Below, piece by piece: positions 28,061-38,664 of a stretch of 64,000 nt of DNA. The stretch is from Candidatus Helarchaeota archaeon (lineage in GTDB: Archaea; Asgardarchaeota; Lokiarchaeia; Helarchaeales; RDOG01): contig JAHPZH010000004.1 of NCBI GenBank assembly GCA_019058315.1, forward strand, positions 96,001-160,000, in the 5' to 3' direction. The position numbers and the translations under genes were made by a program. The notes beneath the pieces are model-generated. The model ran no database searches. It was not told the DNA's origin and saw only the letters and a list, made by a program, of their open reading frames with translations. Every line of letters begins with the position of its first letter. Positions within the stretch are counted from its first letter, which is position 1.

Positions 28061-28948
28061 TTATTTGGAACCTCCACTTTTTTCATATACGGAAAACCAG
28101 ATATCTTTTTTAAATTCTGGTAATAAATCCATAGCAGTATTCATGTCTTCTGAAGATATTATCATCCTAATAGTTAATCGCCAATATATATTTGCAAAAA
28201 CATATCTAGGTTTATGTCCAAATTTTGAGACCCATCGTTCACAGACTTCATCTAAAATCCTTATTAAATCCTTTGGATTTTTATCAAGTTCAAATTCCAT
28301 AAGGAAAAAATAATATGAAATTTTTCTTTTTTGAATGGCTTTAATTAAAGTTTTTTTTATTTTCTCTTTTTTTGAGACTTCGAATGCTTTAATATCTTCT
28401 TCATAAACCGTTTTATAATTTAATAAATTTGCATTCATGGCAACTTTATTTGGAATTTTATGAATATTACCAATCCCGACTGTATCCCTTAAAATTGTGT
28501 AGTTCATACCTATTTCAGTTACAAAACCTTCAATTTCTCCTATTTTTATAAAATCTCCTACACTATAAGGTCTAGAACCTATCATAAAAAATCCAGCAAT
28601 AAGGTTACCAACTATGATTGCACTCGCAAGACCTATTGCCGTTGAAAAGATTGTCGTAAAATTCATCAACGTTTCATAATCCATAATACCAAGTGTGACT
28701 AAAACAGAAAATAGCACTATGAAAATTACAATCATCCTAATGAAATTAAGAAAACCACTAAATGCCTCATGCGGGAATTTTCGGGTCTTTTTAAATGATC
28801 TCTTAATAATATAACCCGTAATTTCTACAGATAATAGAATAGTAACGGCTATCACTATTACAAGAAATAAATTACTAATGAAATCATAATAAACTCTTTT
28901 GTTTATTTCATCATATAATGCTATAATTTGATTTATATCAACTGCCAA
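28061..28948 (-). CDS. MscS-family mechanosensitive channel protein (paralog)
   Basis: GNLIAG...RPYSVGDFIKIG..EG.V..IG..YT, IPN; GGAGG RBS before TTG. Confidence 0.85.
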   Translation of the reverse strand: MAVDINQIIALYDEINKRVYYDFISNLFLVIVIAVTILLSVEITGYIIKRSFKKTRKFPHEAFSGFLNFIRMIVIFIVLFSVLVTLGIMDYETLMNFTTIFSTAIGLASAIIVGNLIAGFFMIGSRPYSVGDFIKIGEIEGFVTEIGMNYTILRDTVGIGNIHKIPNKVAMNANLLNYKTVYEEDIKAFEVSKKEKIKKTLIKAIQKRKISYYFFLMEFELDKNPKDLIRILDEVCERWVSKFGHKPRYVFANIYWRLTIRMIISSEDMNTAMDLLPEFKKDIWFSVYEKSGGSK

Positions 28949-29104
28949 TTTTAAGTATCCTCCGACTTCAAGATTTTAATTAAAATTAAAAAATTTGCCT
29001 GAAATTGAGATAAGATATAATGAATAGCTATTTAAATGGTTATATAATTTTAAAATAAGAAAATGGATATATAAAGTATAAACATTATATTAAAAGGCGA
29101 TTAT

Positions 29105-30172
29105 ATGCCTAGATTCTTTAGAAAAATTAAAAAAAAAGTAGGGAATCCTCCTGGGACTCTTATATATACAGGTGAAAAAAGAGACGAAAAAATTAAGGTA
29201 AAAATGATTGAATACAATGATTCTGACTACAATGAAAAAGAAATTGAAGAAAATTTAATTGATAAATGTCTGACTTTTAAAGATACTAAAGAAATCTCAT
29301 GGTTGAATATTGAGGGAATCCATAAATTAGAAATAATTGAAAAAATTGGAAATTATGTAAAAATACATCCTTTGGTTTTAGAAGACATAGTGAATGTTAA
29401 TCAACGTCCAAAGATAGAAAACTTTGATGATTACATATATTTGATTCTTAAGATTTTAGATTATGATGAAAATAAAAATGAGGTTATATTAGAGCAAATT
29501 AGTATTATTTTTAGTTCAAATTATGTAATTACTTTTAGAGAAAAATCATCTGAACTATTCAATCCTATTATAAATAGAATCCGGACAAAAAAGGGGCAAA
29601 TTCGGAAAATGGGAACAGACTATCTTGTTTATTCTCTAATTGATATAGTCATAGATTATTATTTTTTAATATTAGAAAATATTGGAGAAAAGATTGAGGA
29701 TATGGAGGCAGAATTAGTAACAAACCCTACAGAAAGTACTTTACAAAATATTCATCAAATGAAAAGGGGACTATTAACTTTAAGAAGATCAATTTGGCCT
29801 TTAAGAGAAGTAATTAACCGTTTATTGAGAAGAGAATTACCATTTATTCATGAGGAATCGAATCTATATTTTAGAGATCTTTATGATCATACAATTCAAA
29901 TAATTGATACTATAGAAACACTAAGAGACATACTTTCTGGGATGCTTGATATTTATCTATCAAGTGTTAGCAATAAAATGAACGAAGTTATGAAAGTTCT
30001 TACTGTTATTGCAACAATTTTTATCCCTTTAACATTTTTAACTGGGATATTCGGTATAAATTTTATTGCTTTGCCAAATATTTACTGGGAAGGAATCATT
30101 ATAACTCTAGTTGCAATGTTGATTGTTACAATTTTTATGGTAATATACTTTAAAAGAAAGAACTGGTTGTAA
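29105..30172 (+). CDS. corA: Magnesium/cobalt transporter CorA
   Basis: G.PPGTL, HPLVLED, QRPK, MNEVMKVLT, GIN signature (GMN variant), two C-terminal TMs. Confidence 0.95.
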   Translation: MPRFFRKIKKKVGNPPGTLIYTGEKRDEKIKVKMIEYNDSDYNEKEIEENLIDKCLTFKDTKEISWLNIEGIHKLEIIEKIGNYVKIHPLVLEDIVNVNQRPKIENFDDYIYLILKILDYDENKNEVILEQISIIFSSNYVITFREKSSELFNPIINRIRTKKGQIRKMGTDYLVYSLIDIVIDYYFLILENIGEKIEDMEAELVTNPTESTLQNIHQMKRGLLTLRRSIWPLREVINRLLRRELPFIHEESNLYFRDLYDHTIQIIDTIETLRDILSGMLDIYLSSVSNKMNEVMKVLTVIATIFIPLTFLTGIFGINFIALPNIYWEGIIITLVAMLIVTIFMVIYFKRKNWL

Positions 30173-30476
30173 AATGTTTCATGAAGAAATTTATCCAAAA
30201 CCTTCATTAATCTATTGCTAATTTATCCAATAATTATCAATAATAATTTATTCTCAATTAGATGAGATCTTTTGATTTTGATGCTTTCTATTAGTATATA
30301 TTCAATGGAATTGGGAAAAAAGCTTTAGGAAATGTTAGAATAAAATAAATTAAATTAAAAATTAAGATTGATATTTGTATAAGATTTAATTATAATACAT
30401 TTTTAATACATTTTAAATACAAAAAATCTTTAGTTACTTATAAAATTAAAAAAAGAACTTTAAATGGGATATTAAA

Positions 30477-31208
30477 ATGGAAAAAAAGGATATTGTCTTA
30501 ATTTCAGGTTTAATTTTAATTACTATGGTAATAATCTTTATTTTAAACATTATTTTCGTTTTTCCTTTAACTAGGGAAAATATGTGGTTATATGGGTTAA
30601 TAATATTAGGTGTTGGATTATTGGTCTATACTATGGGTCTTTTTTTCAGAGAAACACACTATTTAGAAATACTTGGCTGTATAGTGACCATAATCGGAGA
30701 GCTTTTCATTGTATTTTACTTTGCACAACCGACAACTTTATGGGAACCAGCTCCTGTTTGGTCTACTTGGTTAACGGCATATATTTTAATACCAAGTGCC
30801 ACGTTTTGTGCAATGATGATTATTAGTTACGTTTATGTTACTGAACACAAAGATATATTGGGTCTTAATTGGTCTATCATGCTACTTTCAGGTGCATTCT
30901 TTGGACTGATGATAGAAGCTGCCATTAAAGAGCCTACTTTCTTTAAAAATCAAAATATTCCAATCATTGCTCTAATTATTATTGCTGGGGGATTTATGCT
31001 TTATGCCTTCACCACATGGAAACTATACGAGAAACCTAGTTATCTAATAGCACTAGCGGGAGCTTTTATAGTTAATATTGGGGTAATAATGCTAGAAACA
31101 CATTATAGAATTTGGGAATTTCCGATTGCCTCACTTGGACTAGTACTTCCTGCGGCAGTTTTCTTTATTCTTGTGTATATTAATTATCTAATCTCACCAC
31201 ATGATTAA
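30477..31208 (+). CDS. Hypothetical integral membrane protein (about 8 TM)
   Basis: Hydrophobic ORF; no family recognised. Confidence 0.7.
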   Translation: MEKKDIVLISGLILITMVIIFILNIIFVFPLTRENMWLYGLIILGVGLLVYTMGLFFRETHYLEILGCIVTIIGELFIVFYFAQPTTLWEPAPVWSTWLTAYILIPSATFCAMMIISYVYVTEHKDILGLNWSIMLLSGAFFGLMIEAAIKEPTFFKNQNIPIIALIIIAGGFMLYAFTTWKLYEKPSYLIALAGAFIVNIGVIMLETHYRIWEFPIASLGLVLPAAVFFILVYINYLISPHD

Positions 31209-31242
31209 AAAAAAGTATTTTTTTTAAAAGGAAGTCTGAAAT

Positions 31243-31935
31243 TTGGCAAATACTGAATTAATAGAAAAAAAAGCTGAAAAAAATTCACAATTGGCGAAAC
31301 AAGAGCTAATAGCAGCGGAAAAATTAAGAACATTAGCTAAAACTGAATTAGAAAGGGCTAAAGCCAGAGAAAATCTTATGAAAAAAGAATTAGAACTTGT
31401 AAAAATTAGAGTTGAATTAACTGAAAAAAGCAAAGCTTTAGTGGATACCAAATTTAAAATTAAGAAAAGTGGTATTCTAAAATTTCCAGACGAGATTTTA
31501 AATAATGAAAAAGAACAATCAATATATAATGAAAAATTAATCATTAATCAAGAAGAAATTGCCGAAATCAACAAAAAAATAGCTGAGATAGAAATAGAAA
31601 TAGCTAAAGAAAAAGAACAACTTGCTAGGGAAAAAATTGATGTAGCTAAAAAAAGAAAACAATTATCAGAAAAACAATTCAAGTATGTCGAATTAGAAAG
31701 AGGTAATCATCCACAAGAGAAGATAAAAAAAGCAGAAAAAGAATATTTGGATAAATCCGAACAATTACTGAAAGAAAGAAAAGATGTTTTCGAAAAAGAA
31801 AAAAGTATTTTTAAAAAAGAAAATAAGTTAGCAGACTTAAAAGGAAAACTTTCTTATATATTAAGTGAACAAGAAAAGATCAAACATTTGGGAGTTCTAA
31901 GTAATAAATCTAAGCCTGAAATTTCAAACGAATAA
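31243..31935 (+). CDS. Hypothetical coiled-coil protein
   Basis: K/E-rich heptad pattern across the whole length. Confidence 0.7.
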   Translation: MANTELIEKKAEKNSQLAKQELIAAEKLRTLAKTELERAKARENLMKKELELVKIRVELTEKSKALVDTKFKIKKSGILKFPDEILNNEKEQSIYNEKLIINQEEIAEINKKIAEIEIEIAKEKEQLAREKIDVAKKRKQLSEKQFKYVELERGNHPQEKIKKAEKEYLDKSEQLLKERKDVFEKEKSIFKKENKLADLKGKLSYILSEQEKIKHLGVLSNKSKPEISNE

Positions 31936-32037
31936 GAGATTTAATAATTTAATTTTCAAAATAAATCTCAATAATTTCTATAAGAGTAAATCTAAACCAA
32001 ATAACTAAATGCCAACATAACAAAATTGATAAAAAAA

Positions 32038-33345
32038 CTAAACATTCCTTACTTTAACTTTTTGATACAATCTTCTATATATTCTGATTGGTTTTTTCCA
32101 AGAATATTTTTTATAAATTATTTTCCGACCATTTTCTCCCATTTTTTTTACCATATTGGGATTCATCAATAACATCAATATTGCAGTAGCCAAATTTTCA
32201 ATTCTATTGGAATCAAAATTTACAATTAATCCTTTATCTTTCTTTAAAAATGGTTTGGGAATTATATTTTTAATCTTAAATAAATAGCGACTGCCTTCAT
32301 TATCACTTCTTATAACAGCTTTTCCTCTAGCCCATGCTTCCAAAGTTGTTAAACCAAAAGGTTCCAAAATAGCTGGAGAAACAAAAAAAGAACAAGTATC
32401 AAATAACCCTAATCGGTCTTTTAAACTAATGGTGTGTGGATATAATTTTATCTCAACATTATTATACCTATCCATAACCTGATTGGATAAATTTGAAATA
32501 TAATCAAAATATTCTTTTTGTTTTTCTTCTAGAAATCCTACTATTAACAGTGAAAAATTTGAATTATATTTCGAAGCAACTATTTCTATGGCCTTAATTA
32601 AGTATTCAATTCCCTTAATTTTATCAAATCTTCCGATATGATAAATCAGCTGATTATTTTGATTTAATCCATATTTTTCTCTTATTTTTTGTAGTTCATC
32701 ATCACTGAATTTTTTATTATAAATATGCTCATTTGAAACATAATTAGGAATAACCAAGACTTTCTTTTCAGAAAAAGATTTAGGATACATTGCTTTAAGT
32801 TGAGCTTTTACTTTTTCACTATTTACTATTATATAATCAGCGTATTTTAAACCTAATTCTTCCCGTTCTTTAATATATTTTAAGGTATAATCGTTTTTAA
32901 TTTGTTTTACCTCAAGTGCTACGGACTCTAAAGCACTAAATGAAATTAAGGTAAGGTTTTTTTGCCCTTTTTCTTTGATAAGTTTTGCTAACGCAGGAAC
33001 ACTATAATGTCCATGTAAATGAATTATCCCTTGTTTATCTTTTAGATAGTCAAAAACTTGATTAGTAAAATCTTCAAATCTTTTAAATTCTTCTTCTTTA
33101 GTCCCTTCATAAGGATTTTTTATTCTATCTGAGTCAAATGTAAAAAAACGTTTCACATTAATGTAATATTTTCCAGTACCATCATCTAATTCTATAATTT
33201 CCTCTTGTTTGTCTTTTAAACCTAAAGTAAGAACAGTTACATCATCCCCCGCTTTAATTAATTCAATTGAGAGATCTTTAACAACAATCCCGCCTCCTCC
33301 GGTTATGTGCGGAATATATTGAATAGATACTAGAAAAACCTTCAT
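32038..33345 (-). CDS. Glycosyltransferase family 4 (GT-B)
   Basis: P..TGG, H.H, GRFDKIKG, EPFGLTTLEAWA.G. Confidence 0.92.
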   Translation of the reverse strand: MKVFLVSIQYIPHITGGGGIVVKDLSIELIKAGDDVTVLTLGLKDKQEEIIELDDGTGKYYINVKRFFTFDSDRIKNPYEGTKEEEFKRFEDFTNQVFDYLKDKQGIIHLHGHYSVPALAKLIKEKGQKNLTLISFSALESVALEVKQIKNDYTLKYIKEREELGLKYADYIIVNSEKVKAQLKAMYPKSFSEKKVLVIPNYVSNEHIYNKKFSDDELQKIREKYGLNQNNQLIYHIGRFDKIKGIEYLIKAIEIVASKYNSNFSLLIVGFLEEKQKEYFDYISNLSNQVMDRYNNVEIKLYPHTISLKDRLGLFDTCSFFVSPAILEPFGLTTLEAWARGKAVIRSDNEGSRYLFKIKNIIPKPFLKKDKGLIVNFDSNRIENLATAILMLLMNPNMVKKMGENGRKIIYKKYSWKKPIRIYRRLYQKVKVRNV

Positions 33346-33952
33346 AATACAACCATTAATTAATTTAAAGAATTGTGATATTTAAAATTTTTATTAATTA
33401 ATCTTAATTTATTAAAAATTACTTACTAATATCAAAATAAAAAGACTGAGAATCTAAATTAGGTAGAATTAAAAATGTTTTTTTATATTGAAACAAAAAA
33501 ATTAAGATATTCCCTATTATATTCTCTATAATTATCTATATAAATAATTTTTTCATGATTTTAAATTCAAAAATCATTATAATTTTTTCATTTTAATCTT
33601 ATTTATTATTACGTTGCGAATATTTTAGTATAATAAAATTAGAATTGATAAATTCAAAGTTCATTTTATCCTGTTCTTTTTAAAGAGTTAAATAAAAAAA
33701 ATTGAAATCTTTTTTTAATAATAATTACTTTATTATTATTTTACAAAGAAAACAATTAATATAAAATTAAAAAGCATTGATTCTACTTATATTAAATCCT
33801 TATTTGGCAATTTTTATCATTAAATTTCCAGATACAAAGTCTAATAAATGGTATAAATTCTTTAGAAATAAGACTTTAATTTAAACTTTTCAATTTAAAT
33901 TTTTTGAATTATTTTAAATAACCAGCCAATAAAAAAATCGGTGATTAAAAAA

Positions 33953-34021
33953 ATGAAGGAAGAAAAGAAAAGAGAAAAAAAACCTAGAAAGAAAAAGCAG
34001 AGACCTGAAGAAAAGAAATAA
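33953..34021 (+). CDS. Putative 22-aa charged micropeptide MKEEKKREKKPRKKKQRPEEKK
   Basis: GGTGA RBS at 33940-33944, 8 nt before ATG. Confidence 0.45.
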   Translation: MKEEKKREKKPRKKKQRPEEKK

Positions 34022-34338
34022 TTGACAACTTCTAAAAATAAAAGATTCAAAATAATCAAAGAAAAAATAGTTACTGTAGGAATTATAACCGAAATCATTT
34101 TTAAAAAGATTTTTTTTATTTTTTATAGTAATAATTCTAAAACGAATAGAATCAAATTGAATATTAATTAAATAAAGGAAATTCAAACAATAACAACTTT
34201 AAAATGGGGATTAGGCTTTCTAAGATATTTCAAAAAATATAACGAAAAAAGCAAATTGAAAATGAGATGTAATTAAAATTTAATACATTTTCTTAAGAAA
34301 ATTATATGAAAATAAAGTGATTTACGTAGGTTAAAAAC

Positions 34339-35265
34339 ATGACTGTTGAAATTAAATCAAATAAAACAAATATCAGTTGTCCAGATTGTAAAAATGATGT
34401 AAATTTTATCCATGATTATGAACGTGGCGAGATTATTTGCGAAAATTGCGGAATTGTCATTAGTGAAAAAATAATAGACCAAGGACCCGAATGGCGTGCA
34501 TTTAATAATTCAGAGAAAGAAAAGCGGAGTAGAACAGGATCACCAATATCATATACAATTCATGATAAAGGATTATCAACAGTTATAGATCGGCATAATA
34601 TCGATATTCATGGAAAAAAATTATCTGGAAAGACATGTCAAAAATTTTATAGAATAAGAAAATGGCATAGAAGATCGCTTATTATCGATTCTACTGCAAG
34701 GAATTTATCGACAGCTATGACTGAACTTGATAGATTAACTTCACAATTAGATATAACAAAGGGAGTGAAAGAATCTGCTGCAATTATTTACCATAAAGCT
34801 CTTGATAGAAATATTATAAGAGGAAGATCAATTAATACAATGATTACAGCAACTTTATATATTGCCTGTAAGCTTAGGAAAGTTCCTGTAACATTAGATG
34901 ACATTCTTAAATATACACAAATAAATAAGAAGAAACTCGGGCGTGCTTATAGATTATTGATCCAAGGATTAGGCATAAAAATTCCAATTTTAAATGCTAA
35001 AGATTTTATTTCACGAATTTGTGCTGATCTTGAATTATCAAATCAAGTTCAAAAAAAAGCATGTGAAATAATAAATTTAGCTAATAATCAAAATATTACT
35101 ACTGGAAAAGAACCTATGGGACTTGCCGCAGCCGCAATATATATTGCAGGAATACTTGAGGATGAAAGAATAACACAAATGAAGCTAGCTAAAATGACTC
35201 ATATATCTGAAGTGACAATTCGTTCCCGTTGTAAAGATTTAAAAACTAAATTGAAAATAAATTAG
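34339..35265 (+). CDS. tfb: Transcription initiation factor IIB (TFB), paralog A
   Basis: CPDC...CENCG Zn ribbon, GPEWRAF, two cyclin repeats, SEVTIR. Confidence 0.96.
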   Translation: MTVEIKSNKTNISCPDCKNDVNFIHDYERGEIICENCGIVISEKIIDQGPEWRAFNNSEKEKRSRTGSPISYTIHDKGLSTVIDRHNIDIHGKKLSGKTCQKFYRIRKWHRRSLIIDSTARNLSTAMTELDRLTSQLDITKGVKESAAIIYHKALDRNIIRGRSINTMITATLYIACKLRKVPVTLDDILKYTQINKKKLGRAYRLLIQGLGIKIPILNAKDFISRICADLELSNQVQKKACEIINLANNQNITTGKEPMGLAAAAIYIAGILEDERITQMKLAKMTHISEVTIRSRCKDLKTKLKIN

Positions 35266-35350
35266 ATTTTTTAAAATTGGGAAGGAAGGAATTTCAAATT
35301 TAAATATTTGATTATTAGTTTAAAAGAAAAAAATTATACATATTTAAAAG

Positions 35351-36808
35351 ATGATTAGCGGAATTATTATTACTTGCTGTTTTATTGGCGTAGTTATTCT
35401 CATTCTTACAGATAAAGTAAATAGAGCTATTGCCTCTTTATCCGGAGCTCTTATAACATATTTCACTTTAAGATTTTTTGAAAATGCAAAATTCTCTGTA
35501 TTTATAGAATTTTTAATTGGTAATGCCCAAGATGGATATGTGAATCTACATTCATTAATTCTGATAATGGGAATGCAATTTATTGTCCAAATTTGTACCG
35601 AGGCAGGTGTTTTTCGTTTTATAGGTTTTAAAATGATTCAAAAAACTGGCGGAAAACCAATTCCTTTACTAATGGTTTTATGCACAATAACTGTATTTAT
35701 TTCAGCAATTTTAAACAATATTTTAACTGTTATAATATTAATTCCCTTAACAATTACTATATCTCGTATATTAAACATAAACCCTGCACCATATATTATA
35801 ACTCAAGCCGTTTTAGTTAATATAGGTGGGATGCTATTTCCAATTTCATCTATTCCAAATATCCTAATTACCACTTCAGTTGGAATTACTTTTGCGGAAT
35901 TCTTCTTAAATGTAGGATTAATTTCGCTAATAATTTTTGTAATTACTTTAATTCTCTTTTATTTTATTTATCGTAAAAAATTAACCATTCCAGAAGAAAA
36001 TATAAAAGTATTAAAAGAAGTTAATCCTTGGAATTTTGTTCAAAATGAACCACTTTTTTATAAATCAATCTTTATTCTATTTGCAGTAATGGAATTTTTA
36101 GCCATAATTCAACCACATATTGTATCTTCTGACATTATTGCTTTATCTGGAGGAATCATTCTTGTAATAATTAGTAAATTAAATCCAAGAGATATTATTT
36201 CAAAGATTGATTTTGAATTGTTATTATACCTAATGGGAATATTCATAATTGCCGGAGGAATGGAATACGTTGGTGTTATGGATGTTCTTGGTAATGGGAT
36301 AAAAAGTTTTAGTGGAAATGATTCATTTATTTCAATTCTAACAATTTTATGGGTTTCAGCATTTCTAAGCAGTTCAATAGATAACATTCCTATCACTAAA
36401 GTTCTAATACCAGTTACAGGAGTAATGACACAGAATTTTTCACCAGGCGAAATAAAAACAGGATACTATAGTTTAGCTTTTGGTGCAAATTTAGGAGATA
36501 ATCTAACCCCTATGGGTGATAATATTTTAGTAGTCAATATTGCTGAAAGAAATGAACGTCCTATCAGTATAAAAGATTTTTTTAAATTAGGTTTTATAAC
36601 TACGATAATACAACTTATTTGTTTAACTATTTATTTCACGTTACTTATGAGATTAGAGCTTGGAATCTGGATTATCATTTATTCGAGTATTTTACTTTTA
36701 ATCATCATTATCTTGTATAAAATCATTTGGTTAAAATATAGAGAGAAAATATCATTAAAATTTGCAAAATTTAAGAAAATTAAAAGAATTAAAATTAGAA
36801 AAGGGTGA
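35351..36808 (+). CDS. ArsB/NhaD/SLC13-family ion transporter
   Basis: SAILNN, NIGG, S..DNIP, GANLG.NLTP.G. Confidence 0.88.
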   Translation: MISGIIITCCFIGVVILILTDKVNRAIASLSGALITYFTLRFFENAKFSVFIEFLIGNAQDGYVNLHSLILIMGMQFIVQICTEAGVFRFIGFKMIQKTGGKPIPLLMVLCTITVFISAILNNILTVIILIPLTITISRILNINPAPYIITQAVLVNIGGMLFPISSIPNILITTSVGITFAEFFLNVGLISLIIFVITLILFYFIYRKKLTIPEENIKVLKEVNPWNFVQNEPLFYKSIFILFAVMEFLAIIQPHIVSSDIIALSGGIILVIISKLNPRDIISKIDFELLLYLMGIFIIAGGMEYVGVMDVLGNGIKSFSGNDSFISILTILWVSAFLSSSIDNIPITKVLIPVTGVMTQNFSPGEIKTGYYSLAFGANLGDNLTPMGDNILVVNIAERNERPISIKDFFKLGFITTIIQLICLTIYFTLLMRLELGIWIIIYSSILLLIIIILYKIIWLKYREKISLKFAKFKKIKRIKIRKG

Positions 36809-36812
36809 TTTA

Positions 36813-37682
36813 ATGGTATTTAAAAGCATAGAGAAAATAAAATCTGTATTACCTGAAGTTATTCATATTGTTATGTTTTATAATGATGGAATGGTATTTC
36901 AAACTACATTTGATTCTTCTAAAAATATACCAAAACTAGGAGAAAACTTAGCTGAAAGTTTAAGTCATATTAAAAAAATATTAGATATCTGTCAGGTTGA
37001 AAGCAGTTCTTATAAAAAATTGGTTTATGAAACGAAAGAAATTACAGTTATTATTTTAAAATTGGGCGAAAATAGTAATATAGCATTATTTTTAAAAAAT
37101 TTAAAGGAAGAAGATGTAAACTACCAATCTATAAGAAGATATCTTTATCGTATTGAACGATTAATAGATATGGATAAAATAGAAATTGACAAAGAAGAAT
37201 TGAATCAAAAAGAAGAAGAGATGCATAAATTAGAAGAACTATTGCAATCAAATTTAAATGAATTAGAAAAATTAAAACAAGATTCGAATGATTTGGGAAC
37301 TCAAATCAATCATATAAAAGAAGAAATTGAAAAAACGGAAAAAGAATTAGAAAATAATGAAGTATTATTAAAAAATCGAAAAGATGAATTAAATGAAATA
37401 GAAAAAGATATGGATGAAACTACAATAGAAAAACAAAAAGAAGAATTAGAAGAAATTGAAGAAAATATTAAAAAAAATAAGATAGATATTAATTCAATGA
37501 AATCCGAATTGAAAAATAAAGTAGGAGATATGCAAAAAATATCGGATAGCAAAAAATTTTTTATAAGTGAATGCGATAGAATAAATAAAGAAAAAACAGA
37601 AAAATCTAAACAAATTTTAGAAATGAAAGAAAATATAGATGGAAGAGAGAAAGAAATTTTTGAAGAAAAGTTCCTTGAGTAA
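36813..37682 (+). CDS. Roadblock/profilin-like N-terminal domain plus long coiled coil
   Basis: Start moved to ATG 36813 after GGTGA; IVMFYNDG.V...helix...LVYET...IILKLG...IALF pattern, then E/K heptads. Confidence 0.65.
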   Translation: MVFKSIEKIKSVLPEVIHIVMFYNDGMVFQTTFDSSKNIPKLGENLAESLSHIKKILDICQVESSSYKKLVYETKEITVIILKLGENSNIALFLKNLKEEDVNYQSIRRYLYRIERLIDMDKIEIDKEELNQKEEEMHKLEELLQSNLNELEKLKQDSNDLGTQINHIKEEIEKTEKELENNEVLLKNRKDELNEIEKDMDETTIEKQKEELEEIEENIKKNKIDINSMKSELKNKVGDMQKISDSKKFFISECDRINKEKTEKSKQILEMKENIDGREKEIFEEKFLE

Positions 37683-37838
37683 ATTAATTCTTTTAAAATA
37701 AATTAGGTAAAAATTTGTTAATAATCAATCATTTAAATAATGTTGTAAAAGAGCAAAATAATAAGTCTAATTTAATAAATCTAGAAAAATTCTTAAGCAA
37801 TCTTAAATTTGAATTATTAATTAAAAATTGATGGTGAT

Positions 37839-38516
37839 TTGATGGGTTCCTTATTAGAATGGTTTAAGAATCGTAGGGAAGAGAATATAATCAAAGAAAC
37901 ACGTATACACGCCAAAAAAGTCTATGACTGTATTTTTGAATTAAATAAATTAATTTTACTATTTTTTGAAGGTAAATTACATGAAGTTCCTAGTTTAATT
38001 AAAAAGGTAAGCGAATTAGAACATGAGTGTGATGATATAAGGAGAAAGATAATGATTGATTTAACAAAAGGTGAATTAGAACCAAGTATTAGAGAAGATC
38101 TTGCGCATCTTATAAATCGATTAGATGCAGTTGCTAACAATACAAATGCTACCGCAAAACGTTTTGGGCTATTAACTAATGATTCTTTAATTCCAATTGC
38201 TGATGAATTAAAAAAAATGAGTGGAATTTCTTTAAAATGCGTGGAAATTTTATATAAGACAATTGATTTATATTTAGGAAGAGCATCGCAACAAGTTTAT
38301 TCTAATATTACTGAAATAAATAAACTAGAACATGATATTGATGTAATAAATTTTGCAATTAAAGAAAAATTAGCAAAAATTCAACCTAATTATTCGCCAT
38401 TTATTGCAATTTTATTATTTGAAATGGTTAATTTATTAGAAAATATCTCCGACAATGCAGAAGAAACAGCCGAATTTATAAAAATTATTAAAGTACGCCA
38501 TGATGTAAATAAATAA
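37839..38516 (+). CDS. DUF47/PhoU-like phosphate transport regulator
   Basis: LEHECD.IRR, REDL..L...LD, LEH.ID, LENISD.AE. Confidence 0.88.
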   Translation: MMGSLLEWFKNRREENIIKETRIHAKKVYDCIFELNKLILLFFEGKLHEVPSLIKKVSELEHECDDIRRKIMIDLTKGELEPSIREDLAHLINRLDAVANNTNATAKRFGLLTNDSLIPIADELKKMSGISLKCVEILYKTIDLYLGRASQQVYSNITEINKLEHDIDVINFAIKEKLAKIQPNYSPFIAILLFEMVNLLENISDNAEETAEFIKIIKVRHDVNK

Positions 38517-38664
38517 CTAAAAAAATCTTCTTTTTATACCTTTTTAATTTACTTAATTGAAAAATTTCAAGCCATATACTATTTAGTTTGTTCTAATTCC
38601 ATTAATGAATTTTCCTGTAGATCTTAAAAAATATAAAATTTAAGAAAAGAAGAAATAAAAAAAA

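Noticed and set aside
30393-30421. Short direct repeat AATACATTTT upstream of the 30477 gene
   Set aside because: Only two to three low-complexity units
18540-37770. Recurring AGTCYAA in several intergenic regions (near 18540, 25811, 25861, 33838, 37764)
   Set aside because: Short motif whose count is not clearly above chance in AT-rich DNA
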